64,000 bases of DNA from Eledone cirrhosa (GCA_964016885.1 OZ024756.1:5208001-5272000), one strand, 5' to 3'. Shown: positions 1 through 13,871, counted from the first letter of the stretch. Numbers and translations: made by a program. Notes: a model not told the origin generated them from the letters alone.

Positions 1-2352
1 ACCAACTCTGGAGATCGAATCACCCAACCTTCACAAGAGCGCGGAAGGTATGTAAACCTTTCCTCTCTCTCTTTTAGCCTGCCAACATGGCCGTATTAAG
101 AGTAAGAAGTTTAAATGTTAGAGGTCTGGGATCGTCCTGGAAGCAGGGTCAGCTGCTCAAATCCTCATGTCTCTAGAAATGGATGTAATTGCCGTCAGCG
201 AGACCAGGATTTCCGACACACGCGCACTAGCCCCCATTTTCGACGACTATTAGTTCTTTGCATCTGTTAGTCGGCCGGGAATGGGAGGTGGAGTGGCAGT
301 GCTGTTTAGGAAAGGCCTGGATCTCGAGGTAAGGTCAATCTTACGGGACCCGGACGGTAAGTTGGTGGTCCTGGACGTGAACAATAACGAAGGTGGTGCC
401 TTTAGACTGGTGAACGTCTACGCCCCTACTAGGGCAGGACGGCCGGACTTCTTTAGACGCCTGGAAACCTTTCTGGGTACGTCTTGCCCTTTACTGTTAA
501 CGGGGGGACTGGAACGGCATCTTAGAGGGACGCTGGGACTGTGTGGGAGTATCCGATAGGAGCGGGAGGGCGGTGCAAAAGCCTCAAGAACATGATCAGC
601 CAGTTCCAACTGTCTGACAGGTACCGAGTAGATTTCCCTAATGCGCCAGTGTGGACCTGGACTAACCGCATAGGGTCTTCTAGATCGTATATATACAGGA
701 TATTCATTAGGAAAATAGACAGAAAGAGTGTAAGCTGTCCACATTTTAAAACGGTCGCCTATTCAGATCACAAGTTTTTGATCTGTATGGTAGACCTAGA
801 TAAGATGCGTAGGGTGGGACCTGGTTACTGGAAGCTGAACATGTCATTTCCGGCACGTAAGGCTTACAGGGACCAGGTCAACAAATTAGTTGAGAAAAAG
901 TTGACAGGAGTCGTCAACAATAGAAGGGGTGGTGGTGGTGTGGGGGGGGGGGGGGGGAGGGGCGGTAATGTCGATAGAGTTTAGCAAAGAAGTAGCGTTA
1001 GAGAAAAATAGAAAGGAGGGGGAGTTGGTACATCGTACATCGTATCCGTCATTTACTACCGTCTGACCGCCGTCCCTTGCCCCCGTTCGCGCCTCGACAT
1101 CATGGAGCGGCTCCTCTTCAAATTCTTGTGGAGGGGCCAGGTTGCGTTGGTGAGGCAGTCCATCTGCTACCAGCACCCTCTACGTGGAGGGCTGGACATG
1201 CCGTGACCAAATATGCGCAGACACGCTCTAAGGTTTGCGGCATCTCCAGATATTCTGCCTAAACGGTGAATCAGGTGTGGTCGCCGTGTTTGTCAGACGG
1301 GCCTTTCCGCAGCTCATCTCTTTGACTGAGCTGCAGTCCCGTCTCAAGAAGAGACCGAGACTGGGTGACTGGCATCTGGAATGTTTTCAGGCACCTCACA
1401 TGCCCTCTACCAAGCGGGCAATGGCGATCAGTGGAACTTCACTCTCGAGTTCTATAGAGGATTAGTGGTGGGCAAGTGCGACGACGCACTCGGATAGACT
1501 CTGGCGTCGACGAAGTCGAATTAACCAGTCTGTTCCGGAGGACTTTCGAGCTGGGGACGATGGATTAATTTCCAAAAATCCCTCGCTTGGCAGTGATACC
1601 CGAGGGCACTGCCCGTTCGAGATAAACTCTATAGGCACGGAAAGTACTGACAGACGGACCTACCGGGAGAGGCGCACAAAGCGACGAAACCGTTTCTGAA
1701 CGCACTCGTCCAGTATCCGTGCATTACTGACTTGTGGAGTTATGTCGAACAGATGTTGTCACGTGTAGAACGGATCCGGCTATCGGCCGCGTCCATAGTG
1801 AGTAATCGACCCGCCGCTTCCTTTGGCCAGGAAGGGCAGGCAACATTCCTCTGTCTGGTGGCAGTAGCGAAAGAGGTTGTATGGTGGACGAGGTTGAAAG
1901 GACTGAAGACAGACACCTTTCTCTTCAGCCAATCCCTCATCAACTTTTGAAATTTCACTTGGAAAGGAAGGTGAGGGTGGAGAGAGAAGTGCTGCCCCCC
2001 AGTACATTTGCTGAAAGGTGGGTGAATGTGGCGAGAATGGCCCGTGTGAGTGGGGGCCTACTCTGATCATGCGCCTGTAGGTGGATACATTTGAGGAGGG
2101 AAGGGTTGCCCTTCCCGGGTGCTCTCGAAGCGTCGGGGTCGTTCAGGATTGGTGGGGTACCTGGAGCGAACAAGGGTGGTCACCCTCCCCCACCTATTGG
2201 GGAATTTTTCTTGTTGCATTTTACTGTTACTTTGTTATTGTTATTCATATTGTTTACTCGATTTTTCTCTAAAACCCCACTGTCCCAGTCTGTTCTATTG
2301 TCCCCTATATGTCGGGCCCCTGTGGCCAATAAATGAAATGATTATTATTATT
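1..2352 (+). pseudogene. Decayed Tx1/L1-like non-LTR retrotransposon: APE endonuclease, RT core internally deleted, C-terminal region and 3' end
   Basis: ATG at 87 gives MAVLRVRSLNVRGL; APE motifs GGGVAVLFRK, VNVYAP, YSDH, GPGYWKLN; near 1035 jumps to post-RT sequence (RLLFKFLWRG, later AVAKEVVWWTR); AATAAA plus (ATT)n tail near 2328-2352; many frameshifts and stops. Confidence 0.85.
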
Positions 2353-2407
2353 ATATATATCTAATATATAAATGTCTTCTACAGGAGTGAATAGATAGAT
2401 ATCTTTC

Positions 2408-3055
2408 TTTATGTGCCACAGGGGCGTACAAAAGTGGGGACATTGCAAGACGTCACGGCTGGGGGGTTTTTACATAAAATCTTTAACAATGATAAATAGC
2501 AATAAACTATATAAGAATAAAACAATTGGAAAGTCCTCCCGAACAGACTGGTCAGTTCGTCTTCGCGATGCCTAGAGTTTCCCCTAGAAACGTCGTCCCA
2601 CTTATCCTCCACTAATCCCCTATAGAATGTCGAAGTGGAGTCTCCGCTGATTGCCGTTTCCGCTTGGTAGAGGGTCTGTGTGAGCGCGTGAAGGCACTCA
2701 AGGTTGCCAGGCGCCCCATTTTCGGTCTTCGCTTGACCCAGGACTGCAGCTCTATTAGTGAGACGAGTTGTGGAAGAACTCGCCTCACAAACGACAGCCA
2801 CACCGGTTCGCCGGGTCAGGAATACCTGGAGGTGGCGTAGCTTCAGCGCGTGTTTGCGCATCATCAGCACGGCATGGCAAAGCCTCCGTTAGAAGGGTAT
2901 TGACAGCAGATGGATCTCCTCACCAATGGAGCCTGTTTGTTCCAGAGGAACTTGAAGAGTAGGCGTTCCATTTTGGTGAGGTATTCGCGGGGACAAGGCC
3001 CGACTGTCAAGCGGTAAGTAGATGACTGATGCTATGTAAGTGTTCGCCACCTCTC
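2408..3055 (-). mobile_element. 3' fragment of the same Tx1-like LINE family, tail-to-tail with the first copy
   Basis: Minus-strand peptides VRRVLPQLVSLIELQSWVKRRP and KHALKLRHLQVF match 1235-1465 (VRRAFPQLISLTELQSRLKKRP); similar 3' UTR. Confidence 0.8.
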
Positions 3056-3071
3056 TACATTTCATAATTTC

Positions 3072-3312
3072 CCCACCATAGGCGCTGAGCTGGCTAGCCG
3101 CAGGTGTCAGCCTCGCGTGATGGAATGGCTCTTTCCAGCGCATCTCCCTTACCACCCTCCGGGGGAAGACGCCCTTCGCCATTCTGTCTGCCGGGGGATG
3201 TGGGCGCGGCCAGCACGTGGGACCCCATTTGCTCACAATACAGAGAGATGGGGAGGGCGAGGAGAGATGGAGGCGATGACAGTGAGTTCGACTCTTCCGT
3301 GTTCGGACACAT
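3072..3312 (+). mobile_element. 3' end of a CRE-like (restriction-like endonuclease) non-LTR element
   Basis: caccataggcgc...atggaatggctcttccagcgcatctcc reads TIGA...MEWLF(Q)RISL; homologous to 23368-23645. Confidence 0.6.
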
Positions 3313-3515
3313 TGTACCTGTCATGTGGATCATGTGAAATCCCTTTTATTTAAATGATAAATGTGTGAGGTAGATGCGATTCATATTGTATGTAACACAC
3401 GTAAAAGTAAGAAAACTGTTGATATTTCACCAGCCTAGGGGCCATATCAGAGTGGATCCATTTTAACCCAAAATCTCATTAAGAGTGTCTCGTTTTTTCT
3501 CACTAAACATTCTAA

Positions 3516-4085
3516 TCTTCTTCTTCTTCTTCTTCTTCTTCTTCTTCTTCTTCTTCTTCTTCTTCTTCTTCTTCTTCTTTGCCTTCTTCTTCTTCTTCTT
3601 CTTCTTCTTCTTCTTCTTCTTCTTCTTCTTCTTCTTCTTCTTCTTCTTCTTCTTCTTCTTCTTCTTCTTCTTCTTCTTCTTTGCCTTCTTCTTTGCCTTC
3701 TTCTTCTTCTTCTTCTTCTTCTTCTTCTTCTTCTTCTTCTTCTTCTTCTTCTTCTTCTTCTTCTTCTTCTTCTTCTGTGAAGGTTGTGGTTGTGGTGTCA
3801 GAGTCCTCAAACAGTCCTCCCAGCAGGTCCTGTCAGAAACAAGCACTTCCAATTGATCCGGCTGAATCCCCAATCAAGACCAGTCAAGCTCATGGCTGTT
3901 ATCTAACCATCTTGCTGACGGGTCTACCTCTGTCCCTTCTGCCCTTCAAATCTTTCCAACGATTCTTTCCTGAGACATTCTAACCCCAAGCCCCCAATAT
4001 CAGACATGATTGTGTAGATCAACATACAAAGGCGTGACCACCCCATCGTTTACATGTATTGTGCCAAGCACTACCTTATCCAGCC
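3516..4085 (-). mobile_element. RTE-like LINE 3' end with long (GAA)n tail
   Basis: Minus-strand GIQPDQLEVLVSDRTCWEDCL (RTE C-terminal DR..W motif) runs directly into (GAA)n at 3516-3776. Confidence 0.65.
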
Positions 4086-4711
4086 AACATGTCCATGTTT
4101 TTGAAGTTAGAGAGTGATATTAGTGATATTTAGCTGCTATTTCTAGTAGTTAGAATGACATATAGAGCTTTCCTAGACATGTCTATTGTTGTTTAGTCCC
4201 AATCAGACATGTTTGCGTTATTCTACATACAATCAAAGGCGTTGCAATTATGACCACCTCGTCATTTCAACCAACATGTCCATGTTTTGTAAGGTAGAGT
4301 GTGATATGAGTGATATTTGGCTGTGCTTTCTAGTAGGTCGAGTGATCAGGCAGAGAGAAGTTGACGTGTAGGTTTCGCTAACTTGTAGTACAGTTTGGTG
4401 GTTGGTTTTATTCAGCAGACGACATTAGAGACATCAGATAACACACAAACGAATATGTAAAGGAAACCTTTCAGTATAGTAAATAAAGTAAGTAGTTTAT
4501 ATAATAAATATTAACAACATATATATTATATTTATGCAGCATGGTAGAATCGGTAGAACATCCGACACAATGTTTTGTGTTTTATGACTTTTATATTTTA
4601 CTTACTGTATTTTCCGACATTGAAGACGCTACTTTTTTCCTAAAATATGTCTAAAATATCGGCTGATGTCTAAAAACATCTGACTGATAAAATGACTAGT
4701 CAGTCAATTAT

Positions 4712-4845
4712 ATTGGTGGCCTCCCCACAGCCCCGGCGGACAGAATGTAGAAGTCGTTTCCCCGGGGGGACGACAAGGGAGACGCGCTGGAAAAGCCATT
4801 CCAGCTCACGAGGGTCACACCTACGGTACCAAGCGTCATGGAGGC
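4712..4845 (-). mobile_element. CRE-like element 3' fragment
   Basis: Reverse complement matches 19412-19545 (ggaatggctttttccag...gtctcc...). Confidence 0.55.
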
Positions 4846-5205
4846 CGAAGGTTGCATTTTTCATTATTATTATTTTAATTTTTTTTTCAAATTTTTGGTT
4901 GTCAAGATTAGGGTACGTCCTCGAGGACGAAGGTCTTCGGCGCCGGGAAATACGGTACTTTTTAATAACTGTTAAAAAATTATTTTTATTTTGGTATTCA
5001 TTTACATCTATTTTTTGTTTGTAAGAAGTACTCGATAGATACTTACTTCACCTAGTCTGTCATGGCTTACTAGCTCTATACGGACGTTTAAATTGATTGA
5101 TTACATAAATAAATAAATAAATATCACCACTTCATCCACTTCATACACCACCATCACTATATGTATACCACTATATCTATATTCCTCCTTCATACACCTT
5201 AACCG

Positions 5206-6107
5206 CCACCACCACTACCACTACCACCACTACCACCACCATCGCAACCACCAATACCACCACCACCACCACTACCACCACTACCACCATCACCGCCGCC
5301 ACCACCACTACCACCACTACCACCACCACCACTACCACCAATACCACCAATACCACCACCACCATTACCACTATCACCACTACCACCACCACCACTATCA
5401 CCACTACCACCACCACCAATACCACCACCACCACCACTACCACCACTACCACCATCACCACCGCCACCACCACTACCACCACTACCACCACCACCACTAC
5501 CACCAATACCACCAATACCACCACCACCACTACCACCACCACCACTATCACCACTACCACCACCACCACTACCACCACTACCACCACTACCATCACTACC
5601 ACTACCATCACCACCACCACTACCACGACCACCACCACCACCACTACCACCAATACCACCACTACCACCACTACCACCACCACCACCACTACCACTACTA
5701 CCACCACCACCACCACTACCACCACCATCACAACCACCGCCACCACCACTACCACCACCCACCACTACCACCAATACCCCCCCCCCCCCACACTACCACC
5801 ACTGCCACCACCACCACTACCACCACAACCCCGGCAGCACCACCACCACCACTACCACCACCACCACCACCACCGCTACCACCAATACCACCACTACCAC
5901 CACCACCATCAACACCACCACCATCACTACAACCACCACCACTACCACCGATATCACCACCACCACTACCACCACCACTAGAACCACCACTACCACCACA
6001 ACCACCACCACCACCACTACCACCACCACCACCACCACTACCACTACCTCCCCAACCACTACCACCACTACCACCACTACCACCACCACCATCACCACCA
6101 CCACCAC
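5206..6107. repeat. (CCA/CTA)n degenerate trinucleotide array
   Basis: caccaccactac repeats; source of the poly-V and poly-G ORFs. Confidence 0.95.
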
Positions 6108-6199
6108 TTTTGCATACTTTTATATGTATGAGTATATAAATATATACGTGCAAACAGATACGCTTACAAAAATACACACTCATAACATTCCTTCACCCA

Positions 6200-6412
6200 A
6201 ACACACACATACATTTACACAAACACACATACATTTACACAAACACACATACATTTACACAAACACACACATACATTTACACAAACACACACATACATTT
6301 ACACAAACACACACATACATTTACACAAACACACACATACATTTACACAAACACACACATACATTTACACAAACACACACATGCATTTACACAAACACAT
6401 ACACACATACAT
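6200..6412. repeat. CA-rich 20-22 bp minisatellite (acacacacatacatttacacaa)
   Basis: About 9 tandem copies seen directly. Confidence 0.9.
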
Positions 6413-6519
6413 TCACGCAGGCAGCTGACGTAAAGAGAGAGGAGTAGTATGAGGTGGTCAAACAAGTCCCTCTTTATGTGTTGTGACAGAATCGCAGAAA
6501 TTTATATATAGATGAGCTA

Positions 6520-6678
6520 GGTGGTGTGTTGGCAGAGATGTTAGAACGTCAGATGGAATGCTTTGTGGTATTCGTTCCGGCTCGCTTCGCTTTGAGTTCA
6601 AATCCTGCCTAAGTCAACTTTGCCTTATCATTCCGAGATCGATAAAGAAAGTGTTAGTCTAGTACTGGGGTCAATTCT
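6520..6678 (+). mobile_element. Degenerate tRNA-derived SINE
   Basis: ttggcagagatgttagaa A-box-like; gagttcaaatcc B-box; core tttgcctt.tcat..gatcgataaa. Confidence 0.65.
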
Positions 6679-6699
6679 CCCTGTATGTCTCTTTTCCAC

Positions 6700-6736
<37 letters not shown>

Positions 6737-8229
6737 GTCAATCCTTCTGTGAGAGATCTGCTGTATACAGACAGACCTGCAGAGAAGATGTGCTCCACCA
6801 GATTACAAATGGCCAAGAAACTTGGTATGTCACTACTCCACTCTTTCGACCCTACCAGGAGTTATATGACTACACATACATTAGAAATGCTAATATCGAC
6901 TAACATAAATTAAATTTTGAAAAGCTGCATTGCTGTATGGGACATCTCGTATGTATACACGCCAATACACGTGTGATTAGAGATATGACTAATTTTATTG
7001 CAGTAAAGGCATTGAACGAATATAATAAATCAGGCAAATTTTCTTTAATGAATCGTTAAATTCGATGCTATTTAACGGTACTTATTTTTAATGGAATATA
7101 ATAATTGTTTCTGATTTAGGCACAAGGCCAACAATTTTTTGGGAGGCGAAAGTCGATTATATCACCGCAAATTCTTTACTAGTATCTTATTTTATCGATC
7201 CCGTAAGGATGAAAGACAAAAACTCAGAAAATAGAATAAGAAATTAAAGTAAAAGAAAGATAGACGACAGTGGACAGTCATAGAAACGACAAACAAGTTT
7301 ATTGAGGTCGTCATCGCTCGGGTCAAATCATTTTTACAAGAGTTTGAAAACATCCCATATTTACGAAGTACACCATACAATTAGCGATTCCCCACCCAGC
7401 GTTTATTCCAACTCCTCATCGCTTATAAGAACTTAAGCAAATATCCAACACCCACGCTTATGACATCCCCTATTATTTGACACCCGAGAGTAGATGTTAA
7501 AAAGTAGTTCGTTTTCTCTATTTTTTCCCCTGTACATTAACGGTGTGAGGTTGTTTATGACATCTCATATAAATAATTATTCCAGGATGTTTTGAATTAA
7601 AATATCTGTATAAACATGCAGTAATTTCGTCATTGAAGTGTTGATTGTTTTGTATGAATAAATAAATGGAAGTATTGTTTTTCACAGCTAAATATTTTTA
7701 TATTATAGTATTGTATACATGTAAAAGTATACTAAACACAGCTGTATACATTCTGTTGCGTATTATTATAATTCGTTTGTTGGTTTCAGTCATTAGATTG
7801 CGGCCATCTTTTGAAACTCAAGCTTAATAAATATTTATTTATTTACGAACTTAAAACACGCAAAAATGTTTTGAAGAAGCATGTCGTAGCCCAACTATAA
7901 AACACTAAAATTCACTAGTACATGTTTATCTAGCTTCGTGTTACATGGAAGCTGTTTTATTAAATTATAACTTTTTGGCAGGAAGAAAACAAAACAATGA
8001 AGGGTAGCTGATTAGTAAAAGTATTTGGCACGTTAATCTCAATTTAATGAGACAGTTCGGTTCTGTAAATACATTGCCAGAAATCAAAACATACACAGGC
8101 AATGTATATAAGTTAAAATATGTTAAGCAAATGTCTTTATCAAAAATATATTTTTTACTCTATTGTATGTATTAGAATGAAATATAGAAAGGGATAGATG
8201 GATATATGGATATATGAAATATACAGACG

Positions 8230-8408
8230 CACACATACACACACACACACTCACATAGTTACACACACACACACATATATATATATAAATATATATATAT
8301 ATACACACACATGTATATATATACACACATGTATATATATATATATATATACACATGTATATATATATATATATATACACATTTATATATATATATATAT
8401 ATATACAC

Positions 8409-8439
<31 letters not shown>

Positions 8440-8824
8440 CGCATGTATATATATATATACGCATGTATATATATATACGCATGTATATATATATATATAT
8501 ATATATACACGCATGTATATATATATATATATATATATATGCATGTATATATATATATATATATATATATACGCATGTATGTATATATATATACGCATGT
8601 ATGTATATATATATATATACGCATGTATGTATATATATATATAAACATGTGTATATATATATATATATATACACATGTGTATATATATATATATACACAT
8701 GTATATAAATATACACATGTGGATATATATATACATACACATGTGTATATATATATATATATATACACATGTGTATATATATATATACATATGTATATAT
8801 ATATACACATGTATATATATATAG

Positions 8825-8913
<89 letters not shown>
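8230..8913. repeat. (TA)n/(TACA)n microsatellite tract (representative; similar tracts at 9319-9570, 10738-11090, 12410-12740, 13453-14137, 52680-53021)
   Basis: Direct observation. Confidence 0.95.
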
Positions 8914-8916
<3 letters not shown>

Positions 8917-9318
8917 CTAAGGCGGGTAAAATTCCCGAGATCCATGGACAAATTCTCTCCAGCGGTCTCTGTCCCTCATTATCGCTGCCATGTCCTGCGT
9001 CTCCAACAGACCAGTGTCTGTCCTTAGGGCATCAACATACGTTAACCTTGGTCTTCCTCTTCTAGTGTGTCCATGTAGAGGCTCCCAAAGGAGCACTGAG
9101 TGCAATGTCAACTCTGGATGTCGGTGAGCATGTCCAGCTAACCTCAGTCTCCTCTGTGTCACTTTTGAGCTGACTTTTGGGATGTTCCCATACAGCTCTG
9201 AGTTTTTCATCCTCAGTGTATACTGATTAATGTTCAGAGCCATCCTCAACATTCTCGTGTAGCACCCATCCACCATCTGAGTGAGTTTCTTGGTCAGTGT
9301 CCAAGTCTCAGGCCCATA
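8914..9318 (-). mobile_element. 5'-truncated RTE LINE with intact 3' end, same family as 44710-47930, inserted in (TA)n
   Basis: [33 protein letters not shown]...[18 protein letters not shown] is nearly identical to the C-terminus of the 999-aa ORF; (TA)n on both sides. Confidence 0.92.
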
Positions 9319-9322
9319 CATA

Positions 9323-9376
<54 letters not shown>

Positions 9377-9377
9377 C

Positions 9378-9418
<41 letters not shown>

Positions 9419-9467
9419 TATAGATATATATACATATATATATATATATATAGATATAGATATATAT

Positions 9468-9536
<69 letters not shown>

Positions 9537-9751
9537 AATATATACACATGTATATATATATATATATATACCAGAGCAAACATCACGGACGCTCTATCTC
9601 AAAATTATTTTTGAAAAGCATTAGAAATGCGCAACCGGTAAAACTTAAAACCAAAACTGAATACTAACCAATACTATTACTAATTCTCACTTATTCCTAA
9701 TTAAACTATTTTTCCCTGTGAACAATTTATCAGCATTTTCTATTCCGTTTA

Positions 9752-9792
<41 letters not shown>

Positions 9793-9952
9793 TATATATA
9801 TATAATATATATGCAGTAAGAAACACAGTAAACATTTTGTCTAATATTACAAGGGTTGAAAAACCACATTTGTTTAAATATTTAACCAAGAAGCAGACAG
9901 AATGAGAAAATAAAAATATATTATTATACAAACCGCCTCAATAACCATTTTA

Positions 9953-10033
9953 TCTCTCGGACAGATTATCCCTAATCTGTTTCGCCCTGAGCGTGTTTGT
10001 AACAGATAATCCTTAGGCATCATCAGCGAGAGA
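9953..10033 (-). ncRNA. Type I hammerhead ribozyme, canonical core
   Basis: Minus strand: TCTCTCG CTGATGA t GCCT...AGGGC GAAA CAGATTA ggga TAATCTG TC CGAGAGA; 7-bp stem I, long stem III, GUC cleavage triplet. Confidence 0.85.
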
Positions 10034-10139
10034 ATCTGATTAAATGCAACAAACACTATGTACCAACGTTCACACAGAAAGATGAAATTTATCACCTCGT
10101 GCGCCGCTAGTCAAACGTGTATAATATGTTTATATTATG

Positions 10140-10209
10140 TTTATTGCCTCTGTGATTTGTCTAAACATTGCGTCTTTTCTGTGTTTAGACAAATCACAGA
10201 GGCAATAAA
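10140..10209. repeat. Short fold-back palindrome
   Basis: tttattgcctctgtgatttgtctaaaca ... tgtttagacaaatcacagaggcaataaa. Confidence 0.85.
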
Positions 10210-10735
10210 TATAAAAGAATTACAACCAAAATTAAATAGAAAATATGAGTGGAACAGCAACATCACAACTTACAATTAAGGACAAAATGAAAACACACAC
10301 ACACATAGAACAAACAACCAACCGGTAACATGTAAATAAACAAATAAATAAACAAATATAAACACACACAGACACCCGGATGTGGCGCATGCGCAGACTG
10401 AGCACACAACACACACACAGAAACAAAATGGCGTAGGACAGAACAAAGGAGAGGCACAAAAAGAAAGAAAAGAATCCCCAGTCACTGAAGAGGTCACAGC
10501 ATGTGTGACGAAAGAACTTTGACAATATATAAACAACTATCTGGTTGTGGAACCAACCAACCAACCAACCAGAAATTTATATATTCCTAAATTTATAAAT
10601 TTATTATAATAAATTGAAGTGAACGCAACTGGTGCGTGTGTTTCTTATTGGCAACATGACCCTCCCAAAGTATAACAATATCGGTTTCAACACACATTTT
10701 CAGATAAAGAATCTTGCTAAACAAATTCAGAAACG

Positions 10736-10740
<5 letters not shown>
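10210..10740 (+). mobile_element. Non-autonomous Penelope-like/retrozyme-like unit (family A) with minimal hammerhead at 10481-10523
   Basis: GTCA CTGAAGA g GTCACA gcatg TGTGAC GAAA GAAC TT TGAC; homologous copies at 20520-21140 and 30330-30600; ends in (TA)n. Confidence 0.7.
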
Positions 10741-10790
<50 letters not shown>

Positions 10791-10928
10791 ATATATATGT
10801 ATGTATATAAATATATACACATGTATATATATGTATGTATATAAATGTATACACATGTATATATATGTATATATATATAAATATATAAACATGTATATAT
10901 ATAAATATATAAACATGTATATATATAA

Positions 10929-11079
<151 letters not shown>

Positions 11080-11395
11080 ATACACATATATAAAAATCTC
11101 TCTCTCCCACTCTTTCTTTTATATATACATATGTATAATCAAATTCATGTAGGGTTACATAATTTAAGCTCTGGGTTCAGTGTTATCTATTTGCATTTAT
11201 TTAATCAGCTTAGTGCATAAAACTATTTATGAACAGAATAGAAAATATTTTCACTTCTTTAAAGGAAGAAGACTTAAACAACAACGTTTAAAATGAACCT
11301 AATGCATTTCTGACACACTAATAACCCCACAATAATGAATCTCCCATAATGTAAGACGATTTCATGCATAAAATATTTTTTTTATGGAATATCTA

Positions 11396-11676
11396 TCTAT
11401 ATATTACTAAAACTCTGTGATTGTAAGCTTGTCTGTAATTTAATACAGCCAAAAACGCCGCATAATGGGAAAATACTTTGAAAGGAAGTTGCGCCTGAAT
11501 GGGAATACAAATGGAATAATACAAGTTTTGCGTATTACGGGTTCTCGAGATACGGGATTTTACCGGGTACCTCGTTAATAGAGAGAGACGGAGAAAGATA
11601 GAGAGAAAGAGACAGGGGTTGAGAGAGAGCAGCTTTAAAAAGAGACATAGAGAGAGAGACAAGAAAAATGGAAGAC

Positions 11677-11746
<70 letters not shown>

Positions 11747-12059
11747 CGTTGGTGGTGTTGTGGAATGAAATTATAACGGATGACTTCAAAAAATCGAATA
11801 CTGTATCTAACCCGAATTTGGTGACTGAATATTAAAACATATGTATCATATAACTTGTGTGTGTGTGTGTGTGTGTGACCAGTTCATATAGGACACAGAC
11901 AGACACACACATATATAGGCCCTCAAATTTCATTTTACATCATATACATGTCAGTATATATTTTAATTATTCCAAAATAATTTTTAAGTGAACCTGATTT
12001 AAGTGAACCTGATTTAAAAAATTATGTGAACGTGCCCCAACGAGTCACGAGTGATCTAG
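11396..12059 (+). mobile_element. Non-autonomous Helitron
   Basis: 5' TCTATATATTACTAAAACT; 3' hairpin cgtgccccaacgagtcacg then CTAG; A|T insertion context; internal (GA)n and (GT)n. Confidence 0.75.
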
Positions 12060-12408
12060 TATTAACTATAAACTCATATATCCCTAATACTATCTATGGA
12101 ACAAGGAATTATCTCAAAGCCGAATCAAATTTGTAAGATATTGAATTCAGAAAATGACATAACATTAATCAGACTTTAGTTTAAGCATTCAATCAATAAA
12201 CTAGTGCATATCCTTTATTAAATATTCCATGGGGATCTATTATATCTAAGTATTTTTTTATTGACCCCGTAAAAATGAAAGATAAATTTGCAACAGCAGG
12301 CTTTTAACTTAGAACGTAGCTAGTGACGCAAACACCACCACTTCATTATATGTATTTCTTTTCTGCGTGTGTATATGTATGTGTGAATATATATGTAAGT
12401 TTGTAAGA

Positions 12409-12481
<73 letters not shown>

Positions 12482-12521
12482 TACATATATACATATATAT
12501 ATATATGCATACATATATTCA

Positions 12522-12557
<36 letters not shown>

Positions 12558-12583
12558 TACATATATACATATATATATATATG

Positions 12584-12615
<32 letters not shown>

Positions 12616-12677
12616 TGCATACATATATACATATGTATATATATGCATACATATATACATATATATATTTATATATG

Positions 12678-12713
<36 letters not shown>

Positions 12714-12744
12714 CATACATATATACATATATATATATATAGAG

Positions 12745-13453
12745 AGAGAAAATTGAGGTTGGTAATGGCACATGGAATATATAAGAGACAGAATACTTTT
12801 TTGTGAAAAAACATAATTTTATAAGGTAAGGAAATAATAAAGGGTATAAAAAATGACCGGTTTCGATGGGTCTGCAAAAGCCATCTTTTCAAATGTTGAT
12901 TAATATTAAGAAAAATTAATAATACGAAGAGTTAAAATTTGAGACTTGAAAATTCAAGTATAAAATTCATTGTGGGATTTCATAGCAGTTTTCATCTAGG
13001 TAGCAACAACAGGTTGACTGCTGTGTCCCTTTCTGGTAGTGAATGAGAAGTTATTTGGGGTGTGGGTTATTTTATAAAGGACCTTTATAAAATAACCCAC
13101 ACCCCAAATAACTTCTCATTCACTACCAGAAAGGGACACAGCAGTCAACCTGTTGTTGCTACCTAGATGAAAACTGCTATGAAATCCCACAATGAATTTT
13201 ATACTTGAATTTTCAAGTCTCAAATTTTAACTCTTCGTATTATTAATTTTTCTTAATATTAATCAACATTTGAAAAGATGGCTTTTGCAGACCCATCGAA
13301 ACCGGTCATTTTTTATACCCTTTATTATTTCCTTACCTTATAAAATTATGGTTTTTCACAAAAAAGTATTCTGTCTCTTATATATTCCATGTGCCATTAC
13401 CAACCTCAATTTTCTCTATAACCTTCGTTTTGTGTAGAAAATTACACTTTTCA
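12745..13453 (+). mobile_element. Near-perfect ~670-bp palindrome (axis 13081) with ~35-nt unpaired tail, in (TA)n; degenerate hammerhead at 13265-13312
   Basis: ...tttataaagg a cctttataaa...; ttgaaaa GATGG..CCATC GAAA CCGG TC; tail 13418-13453 on one arm only. Confidence 0.85.
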
Positions 13454-13587
13454 TATATATATATATATATATATATACATACATATATACATATATATAT
13501 ATATACATACATATATACATATATATATTTATATATGCATACATATATACATATATATATATACATACATATATACATATATATATA

Positions 13588-13661
<74 letters not shown>

Positions 13662-13683
13662 TACATATATACATATATATATA

Positions 13684-13793
<110 letters not shown>

Positions 13794-13871
13794 CATACAT
13801 ATATATATATATACATACATATATATATATACATACATATATATATATACATATATACATATATATATATA

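Noticed and set aside
2358-2400. Helitron-like 5' start tctaatatataaatg (also about 32467)
   Set aside because: No matching 3' hairpin-CTAG found
3463-6183. Poly-K/F/S and poly-V/G ORFs
   Set aside because: Trinucleotide arrays without stops; no splice or domain evidence
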